NCBI GenBank assembly: GCA_046563655.1
Contig: CM102290.1
Span: 1,798,001-1,862,000 of the forward strand
Length of the DNA stretch: 64,000 nt
Direction: 5' to 3'
From: Yuukianura sp. NJ FZ-2021
Taxonomy: Eukaryota
Shown: positions 10,828 to 24,790 of the stretch, piece after piece
Layout of the letters: each line of letters begins with the position of its first letter
Numbering within the stretch: position 1 is the stretch's first letter
Notes under the pieces: generated by a model
Databases searched by the model: none
What the model saw: the letters and a program-made list of their open reading frames with translations, nothing else
What the model was told of the DNA's origin: nothing
Translations under genes and position numbers: made by a program

Positions 10828-13800
10828 ACTGGAAACGCTTATTCTTGACGGTGGGGGTGGAATTTCACAAAACCTTCCAGGTCACAACACTTGAGTCAAA
10901 AAAATTTAGCACTTGAAACAACAAATTTAGTACTGGAATTAGTGTTAACTAAAAAAGAGACAACAAAAGTTGGGTAATGTAGTTCATTCAAACATGAAAA
11001 TTGCACAACTACGAACCAAAGTTAATAAGACAAGCAGATTTTGTGACAACAGAAAAAAAGTGGCGTTGAGCTGCAGATTTTAGGCTTAAGCCTAAATGAC
11101 ACGAGTAGCCTCATGTTTTAAGTCTTAAGTCCGGATTGACGACAATGCTAATTTTGTGCAAAATCCAGCACGTTTCGATTCAAAAGTTGCACAACCAGTA
11201 AGAAGATCCAAGTCCCTCAGTAGTTAGATGTAGGAAATATTACATACAAAAGGCATTGTACTACAAGTCATGGTTGCTACTAATTGTACAACAAAAAAAA
11301 AGTTCATTTAAATTTTCGTATTTTTATTTTTCCGTTTTAAAAAAAAATCACATTGACGAATACATTTTTGCATCTTCCCTCATCCTAAAAACTTAAAAGT
11401 TAGCTTTAGAGATTAGTAAAATTTCGTCTGCTGTTCGTGGGGTACATCAGAATTGATTAAATTTGTAAATTAGTCATTGGTTTTTTGAAAGAATTGAATG
11501 CTGATTTTCCATTGGTTCTCAGAATTTAACACAATGAGAAGATCTAAACTTGTCAACCCCTCAAATTGTTAACTGTGCAATAAAAAAAAACGATGAATTG
11601 TTTTTATTTAAGGGATTCTTTAACTAGGTACTACGTTAGCCAACGGTTTTAAGTTAATAAAGTTACCTGTGATTAAACAATATTTAACTAAAAGTGTAAG
11701 GTACAAGTGTAGTTAATTTGAAATGTAGTTAAAGTCGTTCTCGATTTTTTGAGAGTTGTAATGAACACAGGGCTGTTGATAATGAATTAATTTAATACGG
11801 CGGAAAAACAGTTTTTTTTTAACATAAATAGGGAGTTTGCGCTCTAAAGTTTGGCAAAAAACAGTTTTCAAAATTTTGGAAAGTTGAATTAGGAAAACTA
11901 ACTTTCACGCGGCAAACTTGCATGGAAGCGAAAGGAATAATTTCAGATTTTGCAAATTGCCGCCAGGCCGCGTCTCAAATAACCCGTTAAAACCGAATTA
12001 AATAGTAATCCCGCATTTATTTCAAAACAACAACTTTAATAATTTCTCATTCCATCAAATTTGCCGTACTGTTTTTGTTTTCATCAGATCCAAATTTAAT
12101 TCCCGATTAATATCAAGGATTAATATCAGTTAATTAATCAATTGCCTCTGTCACATTAGTCTAATGTTAATTTAATAAGCTAAACTGCCCTATTCTCTTT
12201 TCATTTAATTCCAAATTAAATGCATAATTAATTTGAGTTAATTACAAAGTGAACTTAAATCACTAAATAAATTCAAGCAATTTGGTCTCCATGACACAAC
12301 ATTTTTCCATTTCCACTTAAAACCGCCGCATACCGGTTGTTATAAACACTTTTTACTTTTACGAAACTTTTATCCGATTTTTAACTTTCTTTTTCACATT
12401 TTAACTAATCCAACTATTAAAAGTGTATCCGATTACAATTTTCTGACGTATTTTTGCATTTCAGTTCCGCCCCACTTAAGCCCATTGTCATTTTAATACT
12501 TTTTTTGCGCCTTTTCCATAACAATTTAAAGACTTTGCATTGTTACACTTTTAACTTATGCATTGTTACACTTTTAACTTTTAAATTAGGTAAATTAAAG
12601 AGTTAATTAAGTTAATCTCTAATTAAAAAACGACTAATTACGCTTAAGTATATACTTCATGAAGAGATTATTATTGCACTATGGTTTTTCAGTTTTAGAT
12701 TGATTAGCCTTCTTTTGAATTTTCAAATAGTATGAGTAACAAGGGATGGATGAAGTAAAATTGTCAAGCGTTTTACGCTAAAACCTAAGTTTTTAAACTT
12801 TTACCAAAAAAGGTGAAAAATGGTGAAAATTAGACACCATTTTCTTAATTTCCAAAAGATCATGCACATGTATTCCTCTTTGAATTTAAGTAAATTGACA
12901 AAATTAACTCAAAGTCTCCTACAAATTGAACTCAATTATCTAACGGGTACTTGGTTAAGGTCAAGTGACAAAACCTAGCTTTTAACTACAGTTTAAGTAG
13001 ACTTAGTAAATGGTAAATTTTCAGTTTTGCGTTATAAAGGTTATTAGCGTGTGTGTTACAAAAGTCTACAAGAACTTGAAAGTTGCTGCTCAAAAAGTTT
13101 TTTTTTTCGTTTTGGAATGCTTTAAATTTGATGCGTTAATTTCTAAACTTGGAATGAAAAAAACTGTTTAACGGGTCCTACATGTTAAATCCATGGTCCA
13201 CCATTTTGTCTCTTGAATACTTTCGAGTTTCAGAAGAGATCATTTCTTTTTCGGTTGGGGTAAGCTTAAATTGCCCCCGTTGTAACCACCAAGGTACCAT
13301 TTTGTATCCCTATCCACCTAGTCATTATAATGGGCGTTGAAAACAGATGTTGCATTGTAACTACCCAGTGTATCCACAAGGCTGTTACAAAAATTGCGAC
13401 GGTGGTTACATGTATGGTCACAACGGATACAATTCACGTTTACATCAACCTTTTTTTCCAGAAAACAATTGAATAGCAAAAGGAAAATGTGAACTTAACG
13501 GTGCTTACTGGTTTCATTTAACGGTAATTACAAATTAGTTATAAATTCTGTCGATTACGTCGAGATTCGATACCCCTTCAATGTTTCTGTTTTAGTACCC
13601 CTTCAACCAAAGTGTCAAAACACTTCCATAGTCGCAGACTATAACTATCCAAAGTGTCTATAATCCAGAAAAGAACCCGTGTCAAGTAATCATTCGTTTC
13701 AGAATGTGTAGAAACAATACTAGTAATGTCAAAACGTCTCCCCACGATACAAAATCGTACCTACAAAGACTATAAATCGTCAAACCCTTAACACTAACGT

Positions 13801-13885
13801 TAACTTACAAAAGAATTAAACGATAGTTGAGACTCTTGGATTACTTGAGAAGATAGGGGTGAGACTCATCCCCTAGTAGCAAATT

Positions 13886-16800
13886 TCAAGTTTTCGGTTG
13901 AGGCAAGTATCGTTTCAGCGACTTTTCAATATTCATTCGGTGTCCTAGTTTCTTAACCCCAAGTTCCAGTAGTGTTGCATTGTCCATTCTCAACAGTCGT
14001 TTCCCATCAATTTGTCTTTGTTGAAAAACAGTTTTGTACTCTGGCATAAACAGACTCTCTAACCAGTCACAAGTGTCGCCTACCGTCCAATCCGGAAGTG
14101 TCTTGTTCCGAAACTCTCTTCGAACGACACGGTTCGCTTGCTGCTGCTGGGCTGCTGCCGTCTCTTGGTGCGTGTAAGGAAGTGACTTGGGTTGTTGGCT
14201 TTGCTGCTGTTGCTGCTGATGTGCGTGTGGAATTTCGTAGTGGTCAGTACCCACTTGTTTCTTCGGAATTGCTCCCACGATCCGAGGGCCAGTACTTTCA
14301 TAGATATCTGAAAAAAAATATTCCAAAGTTACTACCAATTTAGTTAAAGGGTTCCATGCCTTTATTCCGAATGAATTTGTCCGAAACGCATTGCTCCGAC
14401 ATGAATTACCATGAAACCTATTGCTCCGAAAGTCAAATTGCCCCGTTCGTATAATATAGCGTGTTATACGTATGACAGTACTATAGGTATTATGCATACT
14501 CAATGCATTTAGTATTGGGGCATCATGAGAAATACGGTATTACAATACGTATTACAACAAATGTATAACAAATTAATACGTATAATACATACGACGGACC
14601 CTGAACCTAACATACTAAACCCTAAGCACACTGATGTAAGTTTATCCAGTTTCGGAGTAACTTCGCTTTCGGAAGAACAATGCACTTCGGAGCATTTAAT
14701 TCGGATCAATGGTGTGTTACAAGTTAAAAATTTTACTTTAAGCCCGGTTTAGTATTGTACCTGGCGTGTATCGATGAACGGGATGGAGTTTTTCTGGAAT
14801 ATACTTCGTGTTTGCTCCTACTGTGGTTGCAGAAGTATTGGGTGCTGAGGCCGCTGTTTGCTGATAATAGTGACATTTGGGATGGTGCTGGTGCTGGTAC
14901 AGGTTTTGACCGTGAGATTGAGCCGTGTTTGTGGATTGTTGCTGTTTGACACTTGAGAGCGTTTGATAATGTCCATAGGCGCTATTATTGAGCAAACTTT
15001 GAGCATTTGTGGAAGAAACTGGGCGGCCGAGCGTATGGTACACTGGCATAGCAGTCGCTTGCTGATGCTGGGCATGGAGACTATGTGCGTTTGGCATTTG
15101 CTGATGACCAGGAACCATTCCAGCGTACATTGCCGCTCCTGTACCACCGGAAGGGTCCATTGCAAACTGTTTCTGTTGGAGGAGTCGTGCTTGTTGCTGT
15201 TGGAGAGCTTGGTGTTGTTGTTGTTGCTGTTGGATTTGATACTGTTGGCGAGTCATGGTGGGATATCCACTGTACATGGAAGTATTGCTAGAGTGGGTGT
15301 GACTGATGGATCGATACATCGGGGACTGTCGATTGAAACCGGAGTTCTGCAGTCCCTGGTCATTTGGATTTGAACCTTGATTTGGGGGAACTTGATTAAA
15401 TCTGGTTGCAGACTCATGCGTGTCACGAGCATCGGAGAATTCTGGAGGAGGAGCCAAAATCGGTGTTTGGCTCATGGGTGGTGGCGGTGTTACGATACTC
15501 GGGAAGTCTTGCTGTAAAACCAAAAAAAAAAAAAAAAACATTGTAAAAACGTAAGATGCAGAAACCAGAGCATAATTTTATCAATGTCTCACATTGCCCC
15601 ATCAGAAACAACTACTGAGAGTACAGTAAGATCAGACTGAGTACAGTTTCATTTTACCCCAAAACTGTTACAAAACTTTCACTCTCTAAACTTTATGCTT
15701 TTAAGTTTTTTTTAATTCATCAAAAAACTTAATCAAGACTTAATTATGTTACTAAAAAGTGACACAATTTAAAAAAAGAAGTTGCGAGTACTGATTTCGG
15801 CAATGCGTTTAGTTGATAGAAATAAGAATTACAGCTTTAGTGTAGTTAAAGCATTGAATTTTTTTTTTGCTGGGGCAAGGTGAGATTTTTTGTTACCCGA
15901 CTCAGACATAACAAATTACTCACCTTGAGCGCTTCGACATGCATTCGTATAAGCTTAATACTCTCCTCGATGCTTTTCTCTGCCTGTCTAGGTCCCTGTT
16001 GCGTCTGCGTCAATGGAGCATACAGATGCTGTCTCGCAGTTACTTGATCTTGTATCATTGGTTTTGACCTCTGGGGCTGCAGAGTATGGTATACCACGGG
16101 AGACGAAGTTCCGACAGCCGTAGTCGATACATGATTCGGCATTTGTGCCGTTTTCAAAATCGGTGTTGTACGCGGACTCTTGTCGTCCGATTCACACTCA
16201 AGTTCCAACGGTGGTGGCAGTTTGACCAGCGAAACTGCATTTTTCGTCAACGTTCCTCCAGTATTAGCAGTAGTCCTGGCAGCATTATTGCGACTCAGGT
16301 CTTCACCAGTTTGCGGTTTGTTTGAAGTTAGAAAGACAGTTGTTTGGTTGTTCGAATGGTTGACGACACTATTCTGAACGTTATTAGGTTTGTTCGGAGG
16401 AGTTGGAACATTTTCTTCTTTGAGGGTCCACGTTTTATCACTAGTTTCATCAGAACTATCTGAATCTGGATTGACAGAAAGAGATGTCACGTAATTGTTG
16501 GAAGCTCCTGTAGTACTCGAATCCACTCCAGCAGACTCTCCTTCATGTTCTTCTGCTCCAAGGTCATTCGGGAATGACTTTGACACTTTGAGGTTTGACT
16601 TCACTTTTTGGAACTCGTCAACACTGAGACTATGAGGCATCTGACCTCCACTTCCACTTGACAACTCTGACTGAAAAGTTACAGTTTTCTCAGCTTTTCG
16701 AGCCAATCGTGGAGACTGCTTCACTTCTATTCGGATCTTCCCTGATGGATCATTGGCCGACGCCGAATTGAGAATACTCGTTGAAGAGTTAGTTTTTAAA

Positions 16801-19800
16801 ACAGGTTTCAGTCTATCTTTGGCTTCTTGCAGAGACTTCTGGGGGTCAAAGGTCGAACTTTGGTCATCCCCATTTCTTACTGAGGCTTGCTGCTGCCTAT
16901 TTCTCGATTCCACATCAGCTGACCGATTTCCATTGCTTTCTTGGACAGTTTCCTTGGTAGACGGCAATGCGTAGTCAATTTTGGCATTCCGATTTGATTC
17001 TTCATGAGACCCTCTTGGAACACTCATAGAGCGTGCTGGTTTTTTTAACGTTTGTACATTGTCTCCATCCTCTCGGTAACCAATTGACTTCAAGTCATCC
17101 GGGGAAGCATATAACTTTGCACTATCCGTTGGCTTGAAACTGGACATGACTGAATTATGGTCTCGTCGTGTGAGGGTTGCATTGATGTCCAGACTGGCGT
17201 ATTCCTTAGACTTGGAAATGTCCACTTTGATTACTTGTCCTGGTGGAACTAAGTTGATGATCGTCTGTTGCTCAAAGGGAGCCACCGTGGCACACCCCGT
17301 AGACGCTCTCCTTGGAAGTGTTTTTGACTGTATGGGGCGAAGTGGCTTAATTGTACGGTATTCACTTTCGAGTGGCAAAGGTTTTTTGATGATTGACTTT
17401 GAAGTTTCCTCTCCACCAGAGTCTTCTGAAGAACTCAGAGACCCTTCACTTTCTCCAGTTCCCTGACGCTGCTTGCCCTTCAAACTCTCCATTTGTTTCC
17501 AACTCTGTTCGAGTGCTGCGGGATTTGTTACACAAGCCCAAGAGTGGCGTGGATTGTGCTTGTTGAGAGCATTTAGTCCCTCTTGGCTCCGTGATCTTTT
17601 CTCATCTGGAACTTTTTTCACTACTGTTATCGTCCCGTCGTTGTTCTTGATGAGACCATTCAGATCTGGTGTACTGTGGAAGTCTTTATGAAGTACAATA
17701 ACTTCTTTGGCCTATGAAAAACAAACATAAAATAAATTTAATAGGAAACGTCAACTTGGTTTCCGATTCATATCGCTTATACAAAAGAAAACTGTAGCAG
17801 GTCTAGCCGACTATTCAAAAACCGAAAATCAAAAGCCGACAATCCAATAGCCAACAAGTTCAAAAGCCAACAACGTCAAGAGCCGACAAAATTAAAGACG
17901 AACCGGGTTTTTGATAAGATTAAAGTATAACTAGGTATTAGTTTTAAATCTTGGTAGCTTTTGCCGTTGTCGGCTTTTGAAATTGTCGTCTGTTGGATTG
18001 TGGGCTATGACCTGGAACCACCAAAAACACGAAGAACTTTGCAGTGTGAATACCTTCGATCGCTTCATTTCCGCCACACTGGCATATATTTTGTGGCCAG
18101 CCGATGATGGTGACACAATCTCCCCCTGTGACTGATTTCCCAACTTTTCGACAAATATATCTTGGATTTCGGATGTTGTTATCCTACTGGAGTTTGGCCG
18201 GGACCGAATGGAGGCCGTTTTGTTCTGTCCAGATCCATTTCCATTTGTAGAAGGAATTGGTGGCTTTCCAGCAATCGAGTCTGCTGAGTTTGACTTAATT
18301 CCAGATCCCATTTCAGCAGAGTTATTACTAGGACCATCTGAATCAAAAAACAAAACAAAAAAATATTGAAATCGCTGCCAAAAAAAAATCCGATTATTTT
18401 TGTTTCACCCAAATCCGTCAAAGCTGCAACCATTGATTTAGCTCTGGCTCTTCCAACGCTCAGGCTCGTTGTTGGATCTCGACGAGGTGGGGATGGGACA
18501 ATCGGTCCACTTGAACCTAAATACAGTTTTAAAAACATTATTATCATCGTATAGAAAATGTTCCATAAATTTCAAAATTTCAATATTTCGAAAAACTTAC
18601 CTGACGACTTTCTCGGTAAAGTAGCAAATGAGTATTGAGCCTTCGGAGTTCCGCCAGAGTCACAAGTTAGTGAAGCCGGTGAGCCAGGTTTGGAGTTCTC
18701 TTGTTCCAGATTCAAAGGAAAAGAAAGACCAACGACCGTCATGGACACCAAATCACCCGATTTTCGGATAAAGTCCACTACAGCCTCATGAGATGACTGG
18801 GACACGTCCACTCCATTAATCTAACAAAATTCAATTAACACTTAAGGTTGTGATTGATTGTCAATTGATGTTAACGTCTAACCGCCAGTATGAAATCTCC
18901 TTTCCGCAGCCCTGCTCTGTCAGCAACTCCATTGGCATCTACATCATCCAGATACTGCAGTGCTGGAAATCTATCCGACGGTTGGAGTTCCATGAGTGGA
19001 GAGTCTGACTTTGCCCCTCTCAGCACAAATCCGAATCCCTTTTGACCACGATGCAAAATGACTGTGTGCGGTTCACCCCAGCTAAAGTCAAAGCAGAAAC
19101 TGCTTCTTTAGACAATATAATATCAAGTAAATATAAAAAATATAAGCACAAAATCAATTTTTTGGTAATTTTCAGAAAGGAAACTAACATTTTCTTGACC
19201 CGAGATCTTGGAAATTGTTTCCCATTGGTAAGACTAGGCGGGAGTTTCTTGCTTCCAGGCGTATATGCAGAGTCTTGCTGTGTTGTGTGGTTACGACTGT
19301 CGTAAGGTTTTACCCTCATTTCTTGAACGCAGTAAGATGGAAAGAGGCCCATTTGACCTCGGAGTGACCCCTCCACAAGTCCACGATCTGTTGAGGCCGT
19401 TACTGAAAAAAAAAGTTTTTATAAAAAAATCATCAACAAAATTCAAAAAATTTTCTTTTCTGTTTAACACAAGATTTGTAAACAAGAAAATAGTTTTTTT
19501 TTCTTCAACAGGTTTGGCAATAAGTCGTTTTTTTTAAATCAGGTGAAAAATTGTTTACAGCGACATTTTTGGGAAATGGAACTTATTGCCTAATCTGTTA
19601 AAGGAAAAGGATTTGGTTGCTACAGCAACCTTGGTTTAACCTACCTTCGATGATGTCTCCTTCAGTAAGTTTGAGGTGCCTGGCAGACTGTGGCGTGTAG
19701 TTCTCAATACATACGACCATCATACCAGGAAGTATGACACCGCCATCCGTCGGAGTTGCGTCGTAGCTTGAAGCGCTTCCTCCGCTATTACATGTTCCAA

Positions 19801-22800
19801 CTCCCGAACTGTCGCTTGTAATGTCACTGTGGTCCAAGCTTTTATCTGGAAAAAAAAAACAAGGTTACAATTGTATTCCTAGTTCCGTTTTACCCCCAAA
19901 ATACTGTACCTGGCAACCTAACGTAAAAAAAAACCTTAGTGTTTTTCTACTGAGCGATCAGCGAAAAAAAAAACGAACGGTTTTGCAAAAATCTCGCATT
20001 ACCCCAACTGCATTCGCATTTGTTTATATACGTAGTATCAAAATGCAAATATGCATAATTAATGTATTTTTTAAAAAGTTGAAAAAGTAACAATGAAAGT
20101 GTTCATTCACCGTGTGTTTGCGCAAATTTACTTTTTTTAGATAATTTTATTTTTCATTGTTCAAAAAATTTCACATGCACTTGGGGTCACTTGAGATTTG
20201 TGTAAAAACGTCCGTTTTTTTTCACCGACCGCTCAGATAGAAAAACACCAATGTTTTTTTTCACGTTAGGTTGCTAGGCGTAAGTAGTAAGTCTAGAAAT
20301 AAGCAATCAAGGATATTCTCCAGCGTCAAGCATCAATTCGCTTCTTCTCCAAACACATTCCGCCGGAATTTCCAAAAACACCAAACTAAGCATGCAGATA
20401 AGCAAAAAAAAATCGTGAAAAAAAAACCAAAAGTAAGGGGCAGTTGAAAACAAAATGAAAAATAACCAGTGATGACGGAGTCAGATGTATCTTCTCCAGG
20501 GAAATGGCTACTTCCTTCAGAGTAGCTGGAATCTGAGCAACATGAACTTCCTAGATGTGAACAGCTCGTTCGATTCGTAGTTGAGGAACATTCGCTCATG
20601 GACGAGGAGGCTGAACTAAATGGTGGGAGGGACCTGTTGGATAGACATGGACTAGGTGGACAACTACTCAAACACTCTTTGGCACTACTTGTGACAACAG
20701 AGGTGGAACTAGCAGTAGTGTCCAGACTGTCGCCACGTTTGAGGCGATTGGTGGCAACACATGCAACGGATCCAGTTCCTCTTTTAGCAGAATAAGCTCT
20801 AAAAATCACTCCCCGTCGCAGGGGATTATACTTTGGTAAATCACGGTACGGAACTATAAAAAAACAGCAAAAAAAAAAAAATAAACAAAATAGGGTTCAA
20901 AAACAACAAACAAAATTCAAAAAATGAATAGAACACTTCACAGATCACGTTGGCTTCCAAATCGCCTAACGTTACCGTAAAGCTTCTGATAAGCGCTGAT
21001 AGACGTTTAAAATTCGTTTTCCAACTCACCCACGTCCTGAGGCCGAAATTCTTGTATGGTTTCTGCCAACTCCATGTTCCCTGCAATAACTGCAACTTGA
21101 TAAGGAGATTGATTGGCAAAGTTCAGTGCTTCTTTGTCCGCACCACGCAGCAGTAGCAACCGAGCACATAACTCTTGGTTGTTTACAGCACACACATCTG
21201 GTAAAAAACGAAACGAAAACATTAACAAAAAAAACTAACAAAAACTTTACAAAATATTCAAATCTTACGTAGGGGCGTATTTCCAGAAGCATTGCGAGCG
21301 TTCATGTCTGCTCCATAGTACAAGAGATGTTCAAGATGATGAATCAAACCATTCCGACATGCCTGAAAATCAATCAGTTGTTCCCATTTTAAACCAAAAA
21401 TCAACAATCAAATTCAAAGTTTTTGACTTTGATTTTCTTTAAAAGGTTGAGAAATTCCTCATGTTTTTTTTCAATTGTCTTTCATTTCATGGTATCGCAG
21501 TCATAACAATACAGCCGAATTTTTTTAAATTTTACATACGAATAGATACCCATTTTGGTTTTTTTTTCATTTTTTTGTCAACAAGCGAGGTAGTACTCAA
21601 CCTGTTAAAGAAAATTCATTTTTCGTTGCCAAGGAACCTACTCAAATTCCAAACTAAAACGAACCTGATGCGTTTCGTGCCATCCTTGCTGATCCTGGGC
21701 TCCCAAGTACGCATGATCGTGCAGTAGGGCTTCACACAACGCAGGATCCGTATTAGCAGAAACACTCAAGTACAAGGGCGTTAGGGATTTGCCGTCTTTG
21801 TAATTTGGTGATCCACCAAGTTCCAGTAAAGTTTTAACAGCTTCCAAGCTCTTGGCTTCTACCGCTCGATGCATCGCTGTACTTCCGTCTAGTGATCGAT
21901 AGTCTATCAGTGCTCCTCCATTCACGAGAGCAATGAGCAACTTTGATGGTTTTTTCATAACTGCTGCCAGGGACAACGGCGTTTCTGGAATCCAATAAAA
22001 AATTACTACTGCACACTTAGCATTACGCCGCCGTTAAAAAACCGTTGTAGTGTTGTACATACCGCCACTTTCCGGACAGTGAAAATTAGGATCCAATCCC
22101 TTCCCACACATTTTCGTCACTTTATCCGTATTGCCCGAGTAGACATGCTCCAGGAACCGCTTCAAGTTGGATTTCGTATGTAAGGATTTGAGCTGCTTTT
22201 CATCCACATTGAGCCCCTTGTACAGTTTCCTTTTGTATCGTAACTAAAAACACCAAAAACACTAATATCATAAAACGCTTTTAATTTTTTCCACTCAAAC
22301 GCCACGGGCGTTCTACTTTTTAGATTCTAAAAGTGTTGAAGATGAGGAACGCACTTTCACTTCAAGCATCAAGTGAAAGTGCTCTCATCTCAAGATTGAA
22401 CAAAAAAAAAAGTTGAGAGAGGAACCTGTCAGAACTTTTTTCAGCGTAAAATTAGTTTACAACAGACTTTATTAGTTACTTGACACGATTCACAAATTGA
22501 CATTGACATTACCTCGAGGTAACCAACCGGCCCACTAAACGGGTAGTCCGAAAGTGGACGCTCTTCGTCCAAAAATTTTCCCACTTTTCCATTACACGGA
22601 GGTGCAAAGAGGCCGTAGTTGAAACTTTCCTTCAATTCCTACAAAATTTTCAAAAAAAAAAAGGATTTAAATCTCCAGAGTTTCTTCCAAGGTTCTTAAA
22701 CAACAGGAAATTTTTCTATAACAGGTTGTCCAATAACTGCGGTTTTTCCGATTTTGTGCAAAAATTTTCAAAAATGAAACCGCTTGTACTTTACCTCCAT

Positions 22801-23206
22801 CTCTATGCCAATTTGGGACTTTTTTTTTCCAATGCGATTTAGTTTGAAAAAAAAATTGGGGAAAGAGGTTGAACAAAATTGGTGATAAAAATTGTTTGAG
22901 GCAAAATTTAAACATTGAGTTATTGGATAACCTGCCGTAGGAATTACAATTCGGTTGTCAAGGAACCTTGGTTCCTTCCATTTGTTTGAAAGTTTAGCTT
23001 TATTTTTTGAAATTGTATGAAATGTTATGAGTTACTTTTGGAAGTGACGCGAGACACGCTTGCTTGACATCCCAAACCAAGTCTTGTCGATAAAATTGGA
23101 GGCACTTGTGGATGTTAAGATCAGGAACATGGATTCTTATGAGCACAGCCCCTCCACCTTGGTCTTCCTCACAACCGATTCCTGGCGGAGTCTCGTTGTC
23201 ACACAT
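13886..23206 (-). CDS. Shank: SH3 and multiple ankyrin repeat domains protein (Shank/Prosap)
   Basis: Full domain order is present. SPN/FERM_f0: VLIRIHVPDLNIHKCLQF, NYGLFAPPCNGKVGKFLDEER. Ankyrin repeats: GSTAMHRAV, SLTPLYLSV, GNTPLHVCA. SH3: VCIENYTPQSARHLKLTEGDIIE..GLFPSYCVQE. PDZ: HRGQKGFGFVLRGAK..QYLDDVD..AGLRKGDF. A long Pro/Gln-rich region and a C-terminal SAM (WTVGDTCDWLESLFMPEY..LGHRMNIEKSL) follow. The start ATG at 23206 is inferred. Confidence 0.95.
14347..14720. mobile_element. Foldback MITE with TCCGAA subterminal repeats
   Basis: The left arm has repeated tccgaa and the right arm repeated ttcgga at ~15-nt spacing. Lies in the last Shank intron. Confidence 0.65.
17798..18014. mobile_element. 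Foldback MITE with AGCCGACAA subterminal repeats
   Basis: TIR caggtctagccgac / gtgggctatgacctg. aagccgacaa repeats on the left and ttgtcggctt on the right. Lies in a Shank intron. Confidence 0.7.
19470..19633. mobile_element. P-element-like MITE (CAAGG family), copy 3
   Basis: Ends caagatttgtaaacaag ... gcaaccttg. TSD gtttaaca/gtttaacc (7/8). Lies 3 nt plus the TSD from a Shank splice donor. Confidence 0.85.
19909..20278. mobile_element. Long-TIR MITE (CCTAGCAACCTAA family), copy 1
   Basis: Imperfect TIRs of ~120 bp: cctggcaacctaacg..ctactgagcgatcagcgaaaa / ..cgctcag..cgttaggttgctagg. Homologous to 39405-39794 and 61190-61320. Confidence 0.85.
21415..21640. mobile_element. P-element-like MITE (CAAGG family), copy 4
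   Basis: Reverse-complement homolog of 3891-4124 (acaagcgaggtagtactcaacctgttaa). TSD atcaaatt/ctcaaatt (7/8). Confidence 0.8.
22688..22970. mobile_element. P-element-like MITE (CAAGG family), copy 5
   Basis: Ends caaggttcttaaacaac ... gttgtcaaggaaccttg. Subterminal caggttgtccaataact / agttattggataacctg. TSD gtttcttc/gttccttc (7/8). Confidence 0.85.
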
Positions 23207-23641
23207 TAGTCGATGTTCCAGTGACTCTGTCACAATCTCCAGTGCTAAACACTTCTAAACACGAAATACTTTCAGCACTTCGGCACGGAAACGCCTTCTG
23301 CTCTTGTGCCCCACTTTGATTCCATTTTTCTAAAAACGACGTCAGATCCTTATCATCCACGCAAACTTTTGTTCAACTCCGACTTCCGAAAACTTGAAAC
23401 TCCTAAAACCAAATGAACAAAAAAAAATCAATTGTCTTAAACTTTTTCAATTGTGTGAATGAATGAATAATTAATGTAAGCTTTGAATGACAACTTTCAC
23501 TGCCTTAGCATTACTTAACACAAAGGTTTTAAGTGTAATAACTGTTTTCCAGCTCCTCAACACCGTTATAACGCAACCTCGTGTTTTCTGTTAATGGTGG
23601 GAACTTGTATTGTTTCCTTCTGCAAAACCTGATTTACCAGT

Positions 23642-24790
23642 ATTTTTTTTTATACTGTACCCACAGAGGTTGTGACCGGTGACACATGAAGAGGTTCGCG
23701 TGTTCCACTGAGCTACAAAAAAGACAAGGGAACAAAGTTTTAGCGCCGTGGAGAAAGTTTGGACGTTGGGAGAAAGTAAATCTTGGTCCATGGAACAGAT
23801 TCCACAGAGTTTAAAGAACTCGGGAGGCCAAGGAAAATGCTGCTAACCTAACGGAAAATGCTGGTGCTGGAGTAGGCAGGGAGCCAGGAGCACAAGACAC
23901 TAGGCTTCTTCAGAACCAGCACCAGTTTAAGGTCCGCTGGCTGTAGCTCTAGCGTATCGATCCACAATCCTGCCAGTATCCCACTTCTATACTGCCAGTA
24001 CTCCACTCCTATACCAGCACCACCAAACGAAATCATATCAAAGTGCCCTCCTCCAGGACGAAGACCTCTCACTACTTGGCATCTCTCCCACGGACCAGTT
24101 TCTGCCTCTTCCAGAACCAGCCTCACTCAGGGTTCGGTATTACCCAGGGTAAAACGGGTTTTGCCCAGCCCAGTGCTAAAATTACGCATTTTTCTGGGTA
24201 ATTATCCATTATTACCCAGAAAAATACGTATTTTTATATGCGGCGGTACTTTACCCGCCGTATATTTCCCCAGTACCCATACTGGGAAATATTGAAATTC
24301 AAAATTAATTTGCAAAACATACCTTGGACGTTATAAAATGTAACTTTTTTTCACTTGGTAATTAATATTTTGACCAGTTGACATTAAATTTTACTAAAAT
24401 AATACCTTAAAAAATATCCAGCAATAAAAAAAAATATTCGCTTCCCTTTAAAAAATGTTGGTCATGAAAGTTAGTCCTGCAGTCATGAATAACATCCCAA
24501 CCAAAAACATGATTTTGAGTAAATCAGTTATTTTATCATTTCGAAAATCTGGTAAAAAACTCAAGCATTTTGTGAATTAATTAGTATTATTGTCCATTAT
24601 TACCCACTTCCAGAAAAATGTTTGTTTAGCCATTTACCCGTATTTTAGCGCAATATTACCCACCCATTAAAACCCACACCGGAACCCTGGCCTAATCCTG
24701 ATCCCGTTCTTCAATTGAACCACTTCCAAAAACTTCCAGAATCTACACAATACTCTCAGCACAAACTCCAAAAGGTGTGATGTATTATGC
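23642..24790 (-). mobile_element. Possible degenerate non-LTR (LINE) 3' fragment, interrupted by a hAT MITE
   Basis: GC-richer island. The minus-strand frame joins across the MITE (VLCRFWKFLEVVQLKNGIRI|RLVLEEAETGPW). It ends in GTGGGTACAGTATAAAAAAAAA, and this 3' motif is shared with 35201-35214. No RT core is visible. Confidence 0.35.
24128..24689. mobile_element. hAT-like MITE
   Basis: TIR cagggttcgg / ccggaaccctg. Many ttaccc subterminal motifs. Degenerate TSD gcctcact/gcctaatc. Confidence 0.8.

Noticed and set aside
10830..13880. Hidden gene in the long AT-rich gaps (also 30900-33380)
   Set aside because: There are no credible ORFs or exon chains; they are best explained as promoter sequence and the long 3' UTRs of Shank and AEBP2.
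14308..14752. Apparent N-terminal extension of ORF 13886-14503 and nearby ORFs
   Set aside because: They read through an intronic MITE; the real exon starts at the acceptor near 14307.
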